A DNA stretch of 63,052 nucleotides, counting the filler, from Stramenopiles sp. TOSAG23-2 (taxonomy: Eukaryota): assembly GCA_900128395.1 (NCBI GenBank). It is 7 parts of 7 records of this genome, joined end to end, with 100 filler letters (N's around TTAATTAATTAA, not from the genome) between each part and the next. Parts side by side here need not be neighbours in the genome. Positions count along the whole stretch, not along the records: positions 9,047 to 17,982 come from LT650143.1; positions 18,083 to 27,016 come from LT650144.1; 5 more parts are not named here. One strand, given 5' to 3'. The position numbers were made by a program, and so were the translations under genes. The notes under the pieces were generated by a model. The model saw nothing but the letters and a program-made list of their open reading frames with translations. It ran no database searches and was not told the DNA's origin. Position 1 is the stretch's first letter; every line of letters begins with the position of its first letter. Below are positions 10,094 to 20,997 of this stretch, one piece after another.

Positions 10094-13000
10094 TTAAATC
10101 TCAATTTGATAACTTTTATGAGCATTATCATCAAAAATAATACGCATCATATCAACAAATTCTTTTTTATCAATAACACCATCACCATTTGCATCTGCTT
10201 CTTTTATAATACGATCTAATTCATGATCTTCAATACCAGAATCATGCGTAATTTGTCTTCTAATTTCATCAGCTTCTAATTCCCCACTTTCATCATCATC
10301 CCATATTTTAAATAACATTTCTAATTCTTGTTTTTCATGGTAAGATAATTCACGTTTATCATCGGAAACAAAACGTGGACTTGCTTGCATCAATATATAA
10401 TCTTCAACATCTTGTTGTTCGTTTTTATTACATTTTTTAAACAACATATGAATCAATTCACGTATATCAACTTCACCATTTGCATCAATATCAATGGATT
10501 TAAACATTGATTCATAATGATCTTTTAGTGCACTACCTTCTTTTTCTAATTTTAAAAAGTCTTCCACTACTACACGATCTTTGTCGACAGAATGTTTGGT
10601 TAAATTTTTCATTACATGTCGCATATTTTTCACATATTTCACACCATAAGTACCAAAATGTAATTTTTTCTTTAACCGTAAACGTTTCAAACGTTGCTTT
10701 TCCTCGATTGCAGCTTTTTGCTCTGGTGATAATTTTGGATTTTTCGCAGCTTCTAACTCTTCTCGTTTTTTCTGCAAACGTTTTTTTCGTTTTAATTTCA
10801 TTTTTTCTTTATGATTACGATGATGTTTTTTATGACGATGCAATTTTCGCTGTTCACGTTTTTTTGCCAATGCAAGGGATTCTTCATCTTCATGCATTGC
10901 TTTAATGGTCAAATCAAAATTACTCATTAATGACTCTAATTTCTTCGCCGATTCTTTTCGCTTGTGTAATTGTTCCGGTGTTTCACATTGTGGCAATAAA
11001 CCATTTCGTTCTGCTAATAATTTGACTTTTTCTTTTACTTTGTCTAATTTTGACATTTTAATTTCAACTTTTTTATTTTTTTTACGCCTACGTAATTCTG
11101 CTTCAAGCCTTGCTTGTCGTTTCTTTTTTGCCAATAAACGTCTTGTTTTTTCCACACCATCACGATATCGTTTTTGTTTTAATTCAATTTGATCAATAAT
11201 ACTACGATGTTTTGAATATTGTTCCAATAACCATTTTGATGGTGCCAATAAATTTGGCCCACGCAATTTATTCATTTTTTCCTGTTCCATTACTTCCACT
11301 CTATGTTTCTCACCATATAATTTTGGATATAATAATCTTTGTTTATTTGTACCTCCAATATCCCAATTGTTTTCATCTTCTAACGTTAAACCACATCCTG
11401 TTGAATACATGTTTAACTTTTTCAACTCATCCAATGGTGGTGGATCAGATAATAATTCCATCATTTCTGCATCGTCGGCTTCTTCACTACTACGTTTGGC
11501 CATTAATTTCGCTTTTCTTGCATCGATTTTAGCTTGTGCATCTTCTCTCGCTTGAATGCGGCCAATTTCAGCATCGGATAAATCCCATGTTTTCTCACCT
11601 TGTAATTGATCAATTAAGCGATCACGTTCATCTTGTGCTCTTAATTTTTCTTTTAAAATTTGTGAATCTTCATCTTCCCCAGCAGCTGCTTCTTCATGTC
11701 GTCTACGTCTTTCCTCAATTTCTCGTTGTTTCCGTGCCTCCGCATCTTCTTCTGCTTGTTGTTCCTCCTCAAATTCTTTGACAGCATCAATCATTTCAGT
11801 TGCATAATCAATTTTTTCCAATTCCCTGGCATTTCCATCAACTGGTGAAAGCCAAATTTTATTACGTTCTTTTTTATCCTGTTCCTCCCCACGTGTTAAA
11901 ATTCCGCGTGCTTCCCCGCTAAAATTAAACAAACGAACACAAAAGTCGTCTGCTGACGTTAATATTATATCTGGATCTGCACTAACACTTACGGAACGAA
12001 TACGCGTTTTATGAGCTTCAAATCGTCTAATTAAATGTATTTTTGGCATAACTCGTGGTTTATTTTTATCACTATTCATTTCATCTATAAAACGTCTTGT
12101 ATTTGATCGTTTTAATTTTGTTGGTTTTGATACAGTTTGTGGTTGTTTTTTCTTATTTGGTGAGGATGGACTAGGCGATACTGGTATTGTTGGTAATGAA
12201 TAGGAGCGTTTCAATTGACCCAAAGCAGCAAGTCGTCGATTGTTGTTATTTTTTTGCTTTTTATCTGCTGATTGTTGTTGTTGTTGTTGCTTGGATTCAC
12301 TTTGTGGAGTTTGTTGCAGTTGCTGCCCATTATTTATTTTTGATTCTTCTGAAAACAATGATAATAATTTTTGATGATTCTTATTGTTATCTTTTGCTTT
12401 TCTAGTCGTTTTCCAACCCGTTTTTGCTGCTTTTGGACTTGGAAAAAAATTGCCTTTTAATGGTTTCAATTTAATTGGTGTTACATTTGTATCGACGATA
12501 AGACTTTTATCGTTCTTGTTTGCTTCCTTATCATCATCTTCATTATCGCTATCTACATTTTTCTTCTTTTTTCTTTTTTTCATTCCATCACCTTCTTTCT
12601 CAATAATGCGTCTTGCATAATAATTATTCCTATTAATTGGTAATTTATCCGGATTACATGCTTCAATGCCAGCATCTTTTAAAAATCTACCGAGATTTAA
12701 AATACTAATATTCCCACCTTCGTCACCACATATTAACGTCAACTCACCGTCGTATATAGTTTCATCTTCATTATCACCACCATCAATAATTTTTTGACCA
12801 CCATTTGGATCAAAACGTAATTCCATTGTAATAATAGGCCAAATAGCAGTTTGATCAAATTTATCTTTCCATTGATTTGTAAAGGTTCCTATTAATTTAT
12901 TACCAAATAAAGGGCGAACACCATATACAGAGACTTTTGCAGTGAAATCTGCGACCAATAAAATTGGATACGGGTCGACAAATTTCATACATGTAATTTC

Positions 13001-14878
13001 AATACCAGTATTTTGCAAGATACTGTCACATGTAATAAATTGAAAATCCCAAAGTTTCACTACACCTTGCGAATCACCGGTTGCTATTAATGATAATGGA
13101 TGGGAAAATGCTGCGGCACTTATATCATTTGAATGTGCATCTGTTACTGTTCTTAAAATTGGTATATCGTCCTCGCCTGGCTCTTCATCTAATATTTGCA
13201 ATTTTCTATCCCACGAGACAGAAATGATACATCTATCTTCCACGCTATAAATCATATCTGAAATTTGCTCCGTATGCGGCTCTACATCTTTCATCATAGC
13301 ACCATTTAAATAATTGAAACATTTAATATTTCCTTTTATATCTGCACATATGAATTTACGTTTTCTATCATCTAATACCATTTTTGATATTTCATATTCC
13401 ATACATTCATGAAATTCATGTATCATTTCCGCAGTAACGGCATCCCATATTTTTACTGTAGTACCAGTTGCACCTACAACAGTCATGGAAATATCATTGT
13501 AAAATATTTTACATACTGGTAACTCTTTTGGTCGAATACGAACCGTATCAAATACCATCAATTTCTGTGCAGCAAATATTAAACGTTTATGTGGATGAAG
13601 ACTAATAGTTGCTGATGGTTTCCAATCTTTCTTTTTTGGATGAATAGTTTGAAGGCATCTATCTTGCCCAGCACCAAGGTCCGTGGTTAAATTCCAATAT
13701 TTCATCCATCCTTGTTTATCTACGGTAATACCACGCCCATTGCTGAAATGGCACCGTCGCAATGGAAATCGATGCCCACGTAAACGTATAATTGGCGCTA
13801 CATCTAATGCTTTTACATCCCATACAAGGGCATCATAATCAAATCCACATGAAATGACCGTACGGCCATCTTTACAATCAGCTAAACATAATACACCTGA
13901 TTTATGACCAACCATTGTTTTTTTTAACGATTTCGTCGGCCCACGCGTTGGGTCATTCATATTATACATATCCCAAACATTCAATGTTGTATCCATTGAT
14001 GTAGTCACAAGTACACAAAAGTCTTCATCAATACCAAATCCACGAGAGACGCAGATATCGGTAATAATATCTGTATGTTTTTTTAATTGATATACATTAT
14101 CACATCTAATTTCAGATCCTTTTAAATATACTTTCCATCCATTAATTACAGGTAATCGCCCACCACAAGAAAACAATACGTTCACATCATGCCAATCACA
14201 AAACCGCAATATACTTTGTGCATGTGATGTATGTACACGTTTTCTAAAAAATGGAACAGATTTTGCTGATCTTGCATATCGTTCTTGGAAAAAGCTAATA
14301 GCAAAATCGGATGTTGCCATTACCACTAAATTCATACCTGGTATATATTCTACAGCTAATACTGCACCAGCTTCAATTTCATCCCTTCCAGCTGCTAATG
14401 TTGATTTAGATTCGATAATATGCAAACGTTTTGGTCCAGGCATTGATAATGCTTCGTAAATTTCTACATATTTCTTATTTGATCCAATCAATGCTATTTT
14501 TTCTACTTCCTTGAAAAATGTTAAATTAGTTATTAATGGTCCGTGTAAGTCTCTATCTTTATATTTCGTCTCTGCATATAATTCTGATAATACCAACGTT
14601 TTATGTTTTGTTGCTGCCATACCAGAATCAATACAATAACCAGTAAATTCATCCCATTCCATACTCCCATCACCATTAACATCCACTTGTTCAAATAATT
14701 CTATTAGATCTTTTACCAACATAATCTTTTCATCCAATGTTTCACCTATTTTTTCCTTTGGCAATCGTCTTAAAAATACTGATAAGTAATGTTCTATTTC
14801 AAGACCATCTGGGTCTTCATCAAAGTCTTCGTTCAATGCAGCAAGACTTGACGCTTCAAGCGACATCATGATATCCAT
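10094..14878 (-). CDS. EF-hand + WD40-repeat + coiled-coil + EF-hand protein (WDR49/CFAP337/EFCAB8-like)
   Basis: N-terminal DVNGDGSMEWDEF, many GH...WD repeats, and C-terminal EF loops DIDANGEVD, DDDESGELE and DANGDGVID. 1594 aa uninterrupted. Confidence 0.85.
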   Translation of the reverse strand: MDIMMSLEASSLAALNEDFDEDPDGLEIEHYLSVFLRRLPKEKIGETLDEKIMLVKDLIELFEQVDVNGDGSMEWDEFTGYCIDSGMAATKHKTLVLSELYAETKYKDRDLHGPLITNLTFFKEVEKIALIGSNKKYVEIYEALSMPGPKRLHIIESKSTLAAGRDEIEAGAVLAVEYIPGMNLVVMATSDFAISFFQERYARSAKSVPFFRKRVHTSHAQSILRFCDWHDVNVLFSCGGRLPVINGWKVYLKGSEIRCDNVYQLKKHTDIITDICVSRGFGIDEDFCVLVTTSMDTTLNVWDMYNMNDPTRGPTKSLKKTMVGHKSGVLCLADCKDGRTVISCGFDYDALVWDVKALDVAPIIRLRGHRFPLRRCHFSNGRGITVDKQGWMKYWNLTTDLGAGQDRCLQTIHPKKKDWKPSATISLHPHKRLIFAAQKLMVFDTVRIRPKELPVCKIFYNDISMTVVGATGTTVKIWDAVTAEMIHEFHECMEYEISKMVLDDRKRKFICADIKGNIKCFNYLNGAMMKDVEPHTEQISDMIYSVEDRCIISVSWDRKLQILDEEPGEDDIPILRTVTDAHSNDISAAAFSHPLSLIATGDSQGVVKLWDFQFITCDSILQNTGIEITCMKFVDPYPILLVADFTAKVSVYGVRPLFGNKLIGTFTNQWKDKFDQTAIWPIITMELRFDPNGGQKIIDGGDNEDETIYDGELTLICGDEGGNISILNLGRFLKDAGIEACNPDKLPINRNNYYARRIIEKEGDGMKKRKKKKNVDSDNEDDDKEANKNDKSLIVDTNVTPIKLKPLKGNFFPSPKAAKTGWKTTRKAKDNNKNHQKLLSLFSEESKINNGQQLQQTPQSESKQQQQQQSADKKQKNNNNRRLAALGQLKRSYSLPTIPVSPSPSSPNKKKQPQTVSKPTKLKRSNTRRFIDEMNSDKNKPRVMPKIHLIRRFEAHKTRIRSVSVSADPDIILTSADDFCVRLFNFSGEARGILTRGEEQDKKERNKIWLSPVDGNARELEKIDYATEMIDAVKEFEEEQQAEEDAEARKQREIEERRRRHEEAAAGEDEDSQILKEKLRAQDERDRLIDQLQGEKTWDLSDAEIGRIQAREDAQAKIDARKAKLMAKRSSEEADDAEMMELLSDPPPLDELKKLNMYSTGCGLTLEDENNWDIGGTNKQRLLYPKLYGEKHRVEVMEQEKMNKLRGPNLLAPSKWLLEQYSKHRSIIDQIELKQKRYRDGVEKTRRLLAKKKRQARLEAELRRRKKNKKVEIKMSKLDKVKEKVKLLAERNGLLPQCETPEQLHKRKESAKKLESLMSNFDLTIKAMHEDEESLALAKKREQRKLHRHKKHHRNHKEKMKLKRKKRLQKKREELEAAKNPKLSPEQKAAIEEKQRLKRLRLKKKLHFGTYGVKYVKNMRHVMKNLTKHSVDKDRVVVEDFLKLEKEGSALKDHYESMFKSIDIDANGEVDIRELIHMLFKKCNKNEQQDVEDYILMQASPRFVSDDKRELSYHEKQELEMLFKIWDDDESGELEADEIRRQITHDSGIEDHELDRIIKEADANGDGVIDKKEFVDMMRIIFDDNAHKSYQIEI

Positions 14879-16119
14879 GGTTGGTTATTTTCTATTATGA
14901 ATTGTTTACAGATGTTGAGATGTAATATATAATAGATGTTTGCGTGTATTTGTTGGTATGTTTAATATGATTAAAAGGTTTGTATGTATTTCTATGTATC
15001 TATATTTTAATAAAATTAGTCTGTTTGTAATAATAATAATCAATAGTAATTAGTGTTATTATTATTTATTAAAATTATGAAGAAGCAGGAGGAAGAAGAA
15101 GGGAAAAAAAAACCCAAAAAACTTAGCGGACAAATAATATAATTGACGTATTCCAAGTTTTACATAAATAACATTATTATAACACATGTAATGGTATATG
15201 TAAATATATCCGCATAAATTATTATATAAATATTATGACAATTAATCATAGTGTAATAATGTTGATAAGTAATGTAAATAGTCGGATATTTTATTTGTAC
15301 ACTATGGTTACTTTTTATTTCATTACTATTGTAATAGTATCAATATGCTATTCCGTTAAAAGTCTAAAATGCCATATTCGGTCCCTAAATTTCCCTCTGT
15401 AGTTGCGTTGATAATTGATAATGTGGGGGGGATTGGGCAATGGCATTGGGCATTGGGGATGGGGATTAGGGATTTGCAAATTAACATGCAAATTGCAACG
15501 ATAGTCGGAACACACGACGCTCAGTTATTGCAACGAAGCGAAGAGACGACTGTGGACTGTGGACTGTGGATTTTTATAAAACTCCCATATACAGTTTTCG
15601 TTATCCCCAGAAAAAAAGTGGATTTTAATTGGCCTGCTGTTCCACAATCCCGAGATTTCCAATATCAACTTAACGTTATAGAGGCGAATAGCATTATCCA
15701 ATAGTGTGTAGATGCTAATAACACCCAGAATCAAGACTCCTAAAAAAAGTTTGTACTACACTTATTGATAGACCAAAATCATACTAAAAACATCCCACCC
15801 ACAACAGGCACATATCACCGGCGGTCCAAAAGTACATTTACGACATCCTTTTTTTCCGAAAAATATTTTTTAAATGGATATTTGTATTACGGTACATATT
15901 TCTGGCTTGCGGTGTGCTATTTTTAATACTATTTGTATATATATCGTTTCCGGCGCTTCAGAAATCGACTATTTTGTGGAATTAGATACATTTTAAGATT
16001 TTTGTACCCAGCAAAAAGGGCCAATGATAATTCCATATAAATAAAAGTGACAATGGACTTTTTGGTGCTCAGTCGAAAATGTAATGCATATGCGAGTCGA
16101 TATTTGTTGCAGCCTTTAT

Positions 16120-17140
16120 TTTTGGATCGACTTCCGAGTCAATATTTTTTAATGATATACACGGCGTATTTTTTACGACGGAAATATGGTTGTGAGCTAA
16201 TCGAGTCCAAGAGTCTTAAAAATAAAAATCAAAAATCAAAAAATTGAATTAAAATGAATATATTTATATTTTACACACTACTGACAAACAACATATCAAT
16301 CAATACAAACAAAATATACATAAGGCACACACAAATAATCAGCGAAATGTTATGATATATGTAAACAGTTGTTTCTCGTTTGTTTTCTGAAAATAAAGGA
16401 TTCAATAAAAACGTATGTCAAGTTAGTGTCAGAAAAGAACAAGATCCACTCGTTATGTTTGTGAAAAGCCTATCGGTATGCTGCATACCAATATTATACC
16501 TGTAAACAAATACATACACTCGTTGGTGTACATCGTTTGTGATGAGGTACACTTTTGATGGAGATTGCATTGCAAATCGTATACACCTAGATATATTTTT
16601 TAGCATGGGTATACCATGGGTGTAGATGGTGTATACGATTTATGTTATCGAAGACTTGTGATGAAAAAAATGTAGAAGTAGTTTTATATTTTATGTACAC
16701 TCCTTCGTGTACATCTTTTGTGATGAGGTACACTTTTGACAGTGCTGTACGTGTTGTAGAGCTAGATAGTAGCAGCTCAACATTAACGTATAATTGTTTG
16801 TATATATACAATAGTTTTCCATTAATACGCGAAGCGCACGCGAACAAAAGCAAACAAGAAGCCGTTGCCTTCGTTGCATTATCGTTATCATTTTATCTTA
16901 TAAATCATTTTATCTTATGAATCATTTTATCTTATGAATCATTTTATCTTATGAATCATTTTATCTTATTTAATTAATATAATATAAAAAATCTTTTTAT
17001 CCATTATACCTTAATCTTGTGAGCGAATCGAATTAATTTTCTAAAAGTTGGGCCCAAATTAGCTCACCAATTCTATTTCGATGGTAAAAAAATACGCCGT
17101 GTATATCATGGAAGGCAAATCGGCTGTGAAGTCAATCCTT
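16120..17140. mobile_element. Degenerate inverted-repeat-bounded element (possible non-autonomous DNA transposon)
   Basis: TGATATACACGGCGTATTTTTTTAC (16153-16177) is the reverse complement of GTAAAAAAATACGCCGTGTATATCA (17084-17108). Weaker similarity extends to both sides. Confidence 0.5.
16888..16969. repeat. Minisatellite TCATTTTATCTTATGAA, 17-bp unit x~5
   Basis: Read directly. Confidence 0.9.
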
Positions 17141-17713
17141 GCTAATGGTGAGTGGGTGCTGGGAGCTAGCAGGTGATTACAAGTACAGCCAAATCGCGGA
17201 AGAAGGCAAAAAATGAATGATTAGCAACTCATGCCATTTTTAGATAAAACTGGCATTTCGGGACTCGTGGCGTATTTTTGCCAATGGTGTGTAATGCTAA
17301 AAAACGAGCCATCAACATCAAATAACACTACGTATCCCACAACATTCACCTCAAAAATCCAAAAATCGAGAGAAATTCCAATAGTATATTTAATATAACG
17401 TAAATATAATGGACTCATCTCTCTTTAGCATCACAAAAAAACGTTTTTCCGAAAAAGTATTTTTGCTTCGGTTATTTTTGAAACCAACCAACTTTTTTGG
17501 ATATTCCCTCATCATTGATAATACTGTGTCAAGCTATTGAGTCTTGAAACATAATTATTTCTCAAAGGTCTCCATTTGGTGTTTTTTTTTGGTTTTGCCG
17601 GATAGTCGAAAAAGCTTAGTGATGTGTCTATGTATTATTCCTCAATATCGAGAGAAATGGCAAGAATGGATACAGTCTTTTTTTTAGCAGGGAGGTATGA
17701 TTGCATAAAAGAA

Positions 17714-17813
17714 GGAAGAACAGAGGTAGGTGTCGAAAACATAATAAAAAAAGTGGAGGAAGACAGTAGGTAGGTGTCGAAAACATAATAAAAAAAGTGG
17801 AGGAAGACAGTAG
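17714..17813. repeat. Tandem repeat, ~44-bp unit x~2.3
   Basis: AGGTAGGTGTCGAAAACATAATAAAAAAAGTGGAGGAAGACAGTAG occurs twice. Confidence 0.85.
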
Positions 17814-17982
17814 ATAATTCTTTTTTGCAGTAACATATATATGCGTATCCTATTAGCTATTAGAAAATAGCTGTATATCCCACTACTATAAGTTGAAGAA
17901 AACAACTATTCGGTTAGAAAGTTGACTTCGTGCATACGAAAAAGCGAACACAACCACTCTAATTATCACGAAAGGTATAAGC

Positions 17983-18082
17983 NNNNNNNNNNNNNNNNNN
18001 NNNNNNNNNNNNNNNNNNNNNNNNNNTTAATTAATTAANNNNNNNNNNNNNNNNNNNNNNNNNNNNNNNNNNNNNNNNNNNN
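17983..18082. other. Artificial scaffold linker
   Basis: N44-TTAATTAATTAA-N44. Confidence 0.98.
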
Positions 18083-19313
18083 TTTTTTGCACACCAGATG
18101 AAAGCAATGGTGCATATACATTCAACGAAGCATCGGATGCTGCTTCAAAACACCATTTACATAATCGCACACCTGCTAAGCGATGTTTATCAGTAGTTCC
18201 CGTTCCATATAAGCAATCAAACGCTACTTTGATACATAATGCTGGTTGTTCCGTACACATCCTTGAACGCAATAAATCTTCTAAAATTTTTAATTTCAAC
18301 GTTGGGCCTACCGCAGACTTTACCTCATTTGCATTTTGCTGTGCCTGTGCTAAATCGCCAATGACCATTTCCAATAATGAACGTATCAATGGAACGTCCT
18401 CCAGCTCTGGCCTACCTTGTTGAAAACGACGGTAAATTTCATCTGCTTTTTCAATCACGTGATGGCTACTATCCACACGTCCAGCAAGGACATGGCGTGG
18501 AATTAAAATAAGGGTGGAAAGACACTCGCACCAAGTAATTTCATAATACCAAATTTATAATTTTTCAATGTATCTTGTGGTATATCTTTTTTCGTAGGTC
18601 TTATTATATTAGCTTTTCCATTGTTTAATGCATGTGGTGGCGAGCTTACGTAGCGGATAATTTATTCGAAGTAGTTTGTTTTTCGTTTCCATTTGACATT
18701 AAAACCGTATAATATGGATTGTTGCCATCTGGGTGCATGTACAGAACTACACATGCTTCATCAGTTGCTTTATAATATACAATTTGACCTTTTCGAAAAA
18801 AAATTAGTATTTCCAGTAACGTTGTTACCACCAGCTGTTAAAAGAATTTTGGATCTTTGAATGGATGAATTGGAGAGAAGTGGTGGTCTTTTATGTAATA
18901 AAACACTGAGCCAAAAATCGAATATAAAATCACACGTATCAATGGAACAATCAGTAAAAAATCGTATTGCCATATGCCTTTGCTCAATTTCTGTTGGTAT
19001 CTCTATTGTTGGTAAAATAATTAACCTCAATCTTAAATAAAGCATATTTTGGTGCAACCGCAGCAGTTGTTTTGATGATGATATACCAGCAACAAACAGT
19101 GAAAGCAATTCATTCCCCTAATTTGGTATTCCTAACGTCATATATACCATACCAAAATTAGTATGAATAGGATTTGCTGGAGGTAATGCATTGTTCTTAT
19201 TATCACCACCCTTGGTATTAGACGTTTCGTAATCATCATCATTGTCATCATCGTCTTTCTCGCCTTCCATAACCATATCTCCATCTTTATCAACAACAGC
19301 AGTATTATTATTG

Positions 19314-19345
<32 letters not shown>

Positions 19346-19620
19346 GCTACTACTACTACTGCTTTTTTTTTTTCTTCTATGCTTTTTGATGACCTAAAAC
19401 AAGTCGTAACATATCTTTACATGGTAATATAATATTTGAAATAGATTTAAAACCCGTTTGTTAATATGTGAAAATATATAGTTTTATCATTTCTGTTCGT
19501 AATTCTACTGTATTCCATTTTGTAGGTGTTAATACTAATAACATTCTTGGTATTAATATGGTAATAACTTTTTAAAACGATTCATCTTTAAAAGCACATC
19601 ATCTAGTTGTTTACCATTCA
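18083..19620 (-). pseudogene. ECM29: ECM29 (proteasome adaptor) N-terminal region, disrupted by stops and frameshifts
   Basis: Fragments in different frames: SHINKRV (~19455-19475), VDSSHHVIEKADE, and LKLKILEDLLRS...IKVAFDCLYG...VRLCKW. No continuous ORF. Confidence 0.6.
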
Positions 19621-20459
19621 TTGTAAGGCAATATAGTCTTATTGTTTACGAATATATATAAATAGAGTTTATCCAGTCTGTATTGAGTAAAATAGAAACA
19701 ATTTGTTGATAGTTATAGTGTATGATTTGCAATCGTTTTAATTGATATTAAATGTATATATATATACTTTGTGTTAATACTATATATAGTGCCTGGAGTG
19801 CAATCTGCAATCCAGCAAAATGTTGATTCCATGCCAGCCGGGCCAGCCGGGCCAGCATTTCAATTACTGGGGTAGAACACTACCAGGTACAGTTTGTGTC
19901 ATACCATTAATATGTACTTGTTAGTATACTTTATTTCATCATCAAAATACTATTTGGCCTATTTTTCAATGCTGTGTAGCGTTAATTTCCAACATGGATA
20001 GCTCATTTAAAAAATATGTTTTTAACTAATTTCCTTCCTCGAACCTTTGTTTAGGATTAAATGAATATGGAAAGAAGAATATGTCACTGGAATATACATA
20101 TCCACCTCGTGAAAAATTAGTTTGAATATTAACACTACACACTATTGAAAATGTATTGTTGATAGTTATTTTATACATATATATAATATAGTAACAAGTA
20201 CAATATTGTTGTAACACAAAATCCAGAGTCCAGTCTAGTAAGACACAGGTAGGAAGATAGCATAGAGCATAGACACAGCATCGGAGCTACAAATAATATA
20301 GGGTAAATAAAATATACTAACAAGTACAAATATATGAAATTTGGTAAAATCTGGTAGTGTCCTGCTCTAATTACAAAACTACAAACAAATACGGTATACT
20401 TTATTGATACAGTAATGAATTTAGAATACAAACTCTATGCCTCTGTCACCTATCACACC

Positions 20460-20615
20460 GATTTTACCCTATCAAATGACACATAATTTATACTTGAAAG
20501 GGATATCAGAATATTAAAAATTCTCTCCCAACCACGCCACCGACCACCGACCATCCGACATTCTCTATATCAAATGTCAATTATGTGTACTTGAAAGGAA
20601 TATTAGAATACCAAA
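20460..20615 (+). repeat. Dispersed repeat family (TATCAAATG...TACTTGAA...AGAATA), 2 units
   Basis: The same motif order recurs at 49885-50167 on another scaffold. Confidence 0.7.
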
Positions 20616-20997
20616 AATAGTAATCGTACAATTACTTAGAAGTCCTAAAAACATTTTCAAGAATTCCAAAACTTGATTTCAAGAATTCCTGGAATTCCAA
20701 GTCCAAACCTAGCTTTTTCATTCACACTGGTAATTATTTGCCTGCTATTTTCTTATGAAGTTTACAACACATGTATATCCTACTATATATGCCTTCTATA
20801 ATATTTATATTTACCTCAAACACAAACATATATATCATAAAATATAAACAAAGAAGTGTAAGAAAAGATATCTTTTTTTAAAAAAAAAACAAAAACAATT
20901 TAAAAACAATATCAAACAAGTCAATATACGACAACAAAAACTAAAACAAACAAAACAAACATTTAATATTTTAACAATACAAACGTAATTTAAAATA

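Noticed and set aside
15425-15474. G-rich tract as telomeric repeat or G-quadruplex
   Set aside because: There is only one TTAGGG and the units are irregular. G4 potential exists but nothing supports a function.
18083-19620. Stop-codon reassignment as an explanation for broken ECM29 and polo-box ORFs
   Set aside because: Frameshifts are also required, and intact conserved genes end normally at TAA, TAG or TGA under the standard code.
19832-19856. GCCAGCCGG x2.6 as the left terminal inverted repeat of a TET/JBP element, pairing with 26866-26876
   Set aside because: The match is only ~8 bp with an indel and there is no target-site duplication.
20655-20700. Heat-shock element upstream of the TET/JBP gene (TTCAAGAATTCC x2)
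   Set aside because: Only two correctly spaced nGAAn units per copy, which is insufficient.
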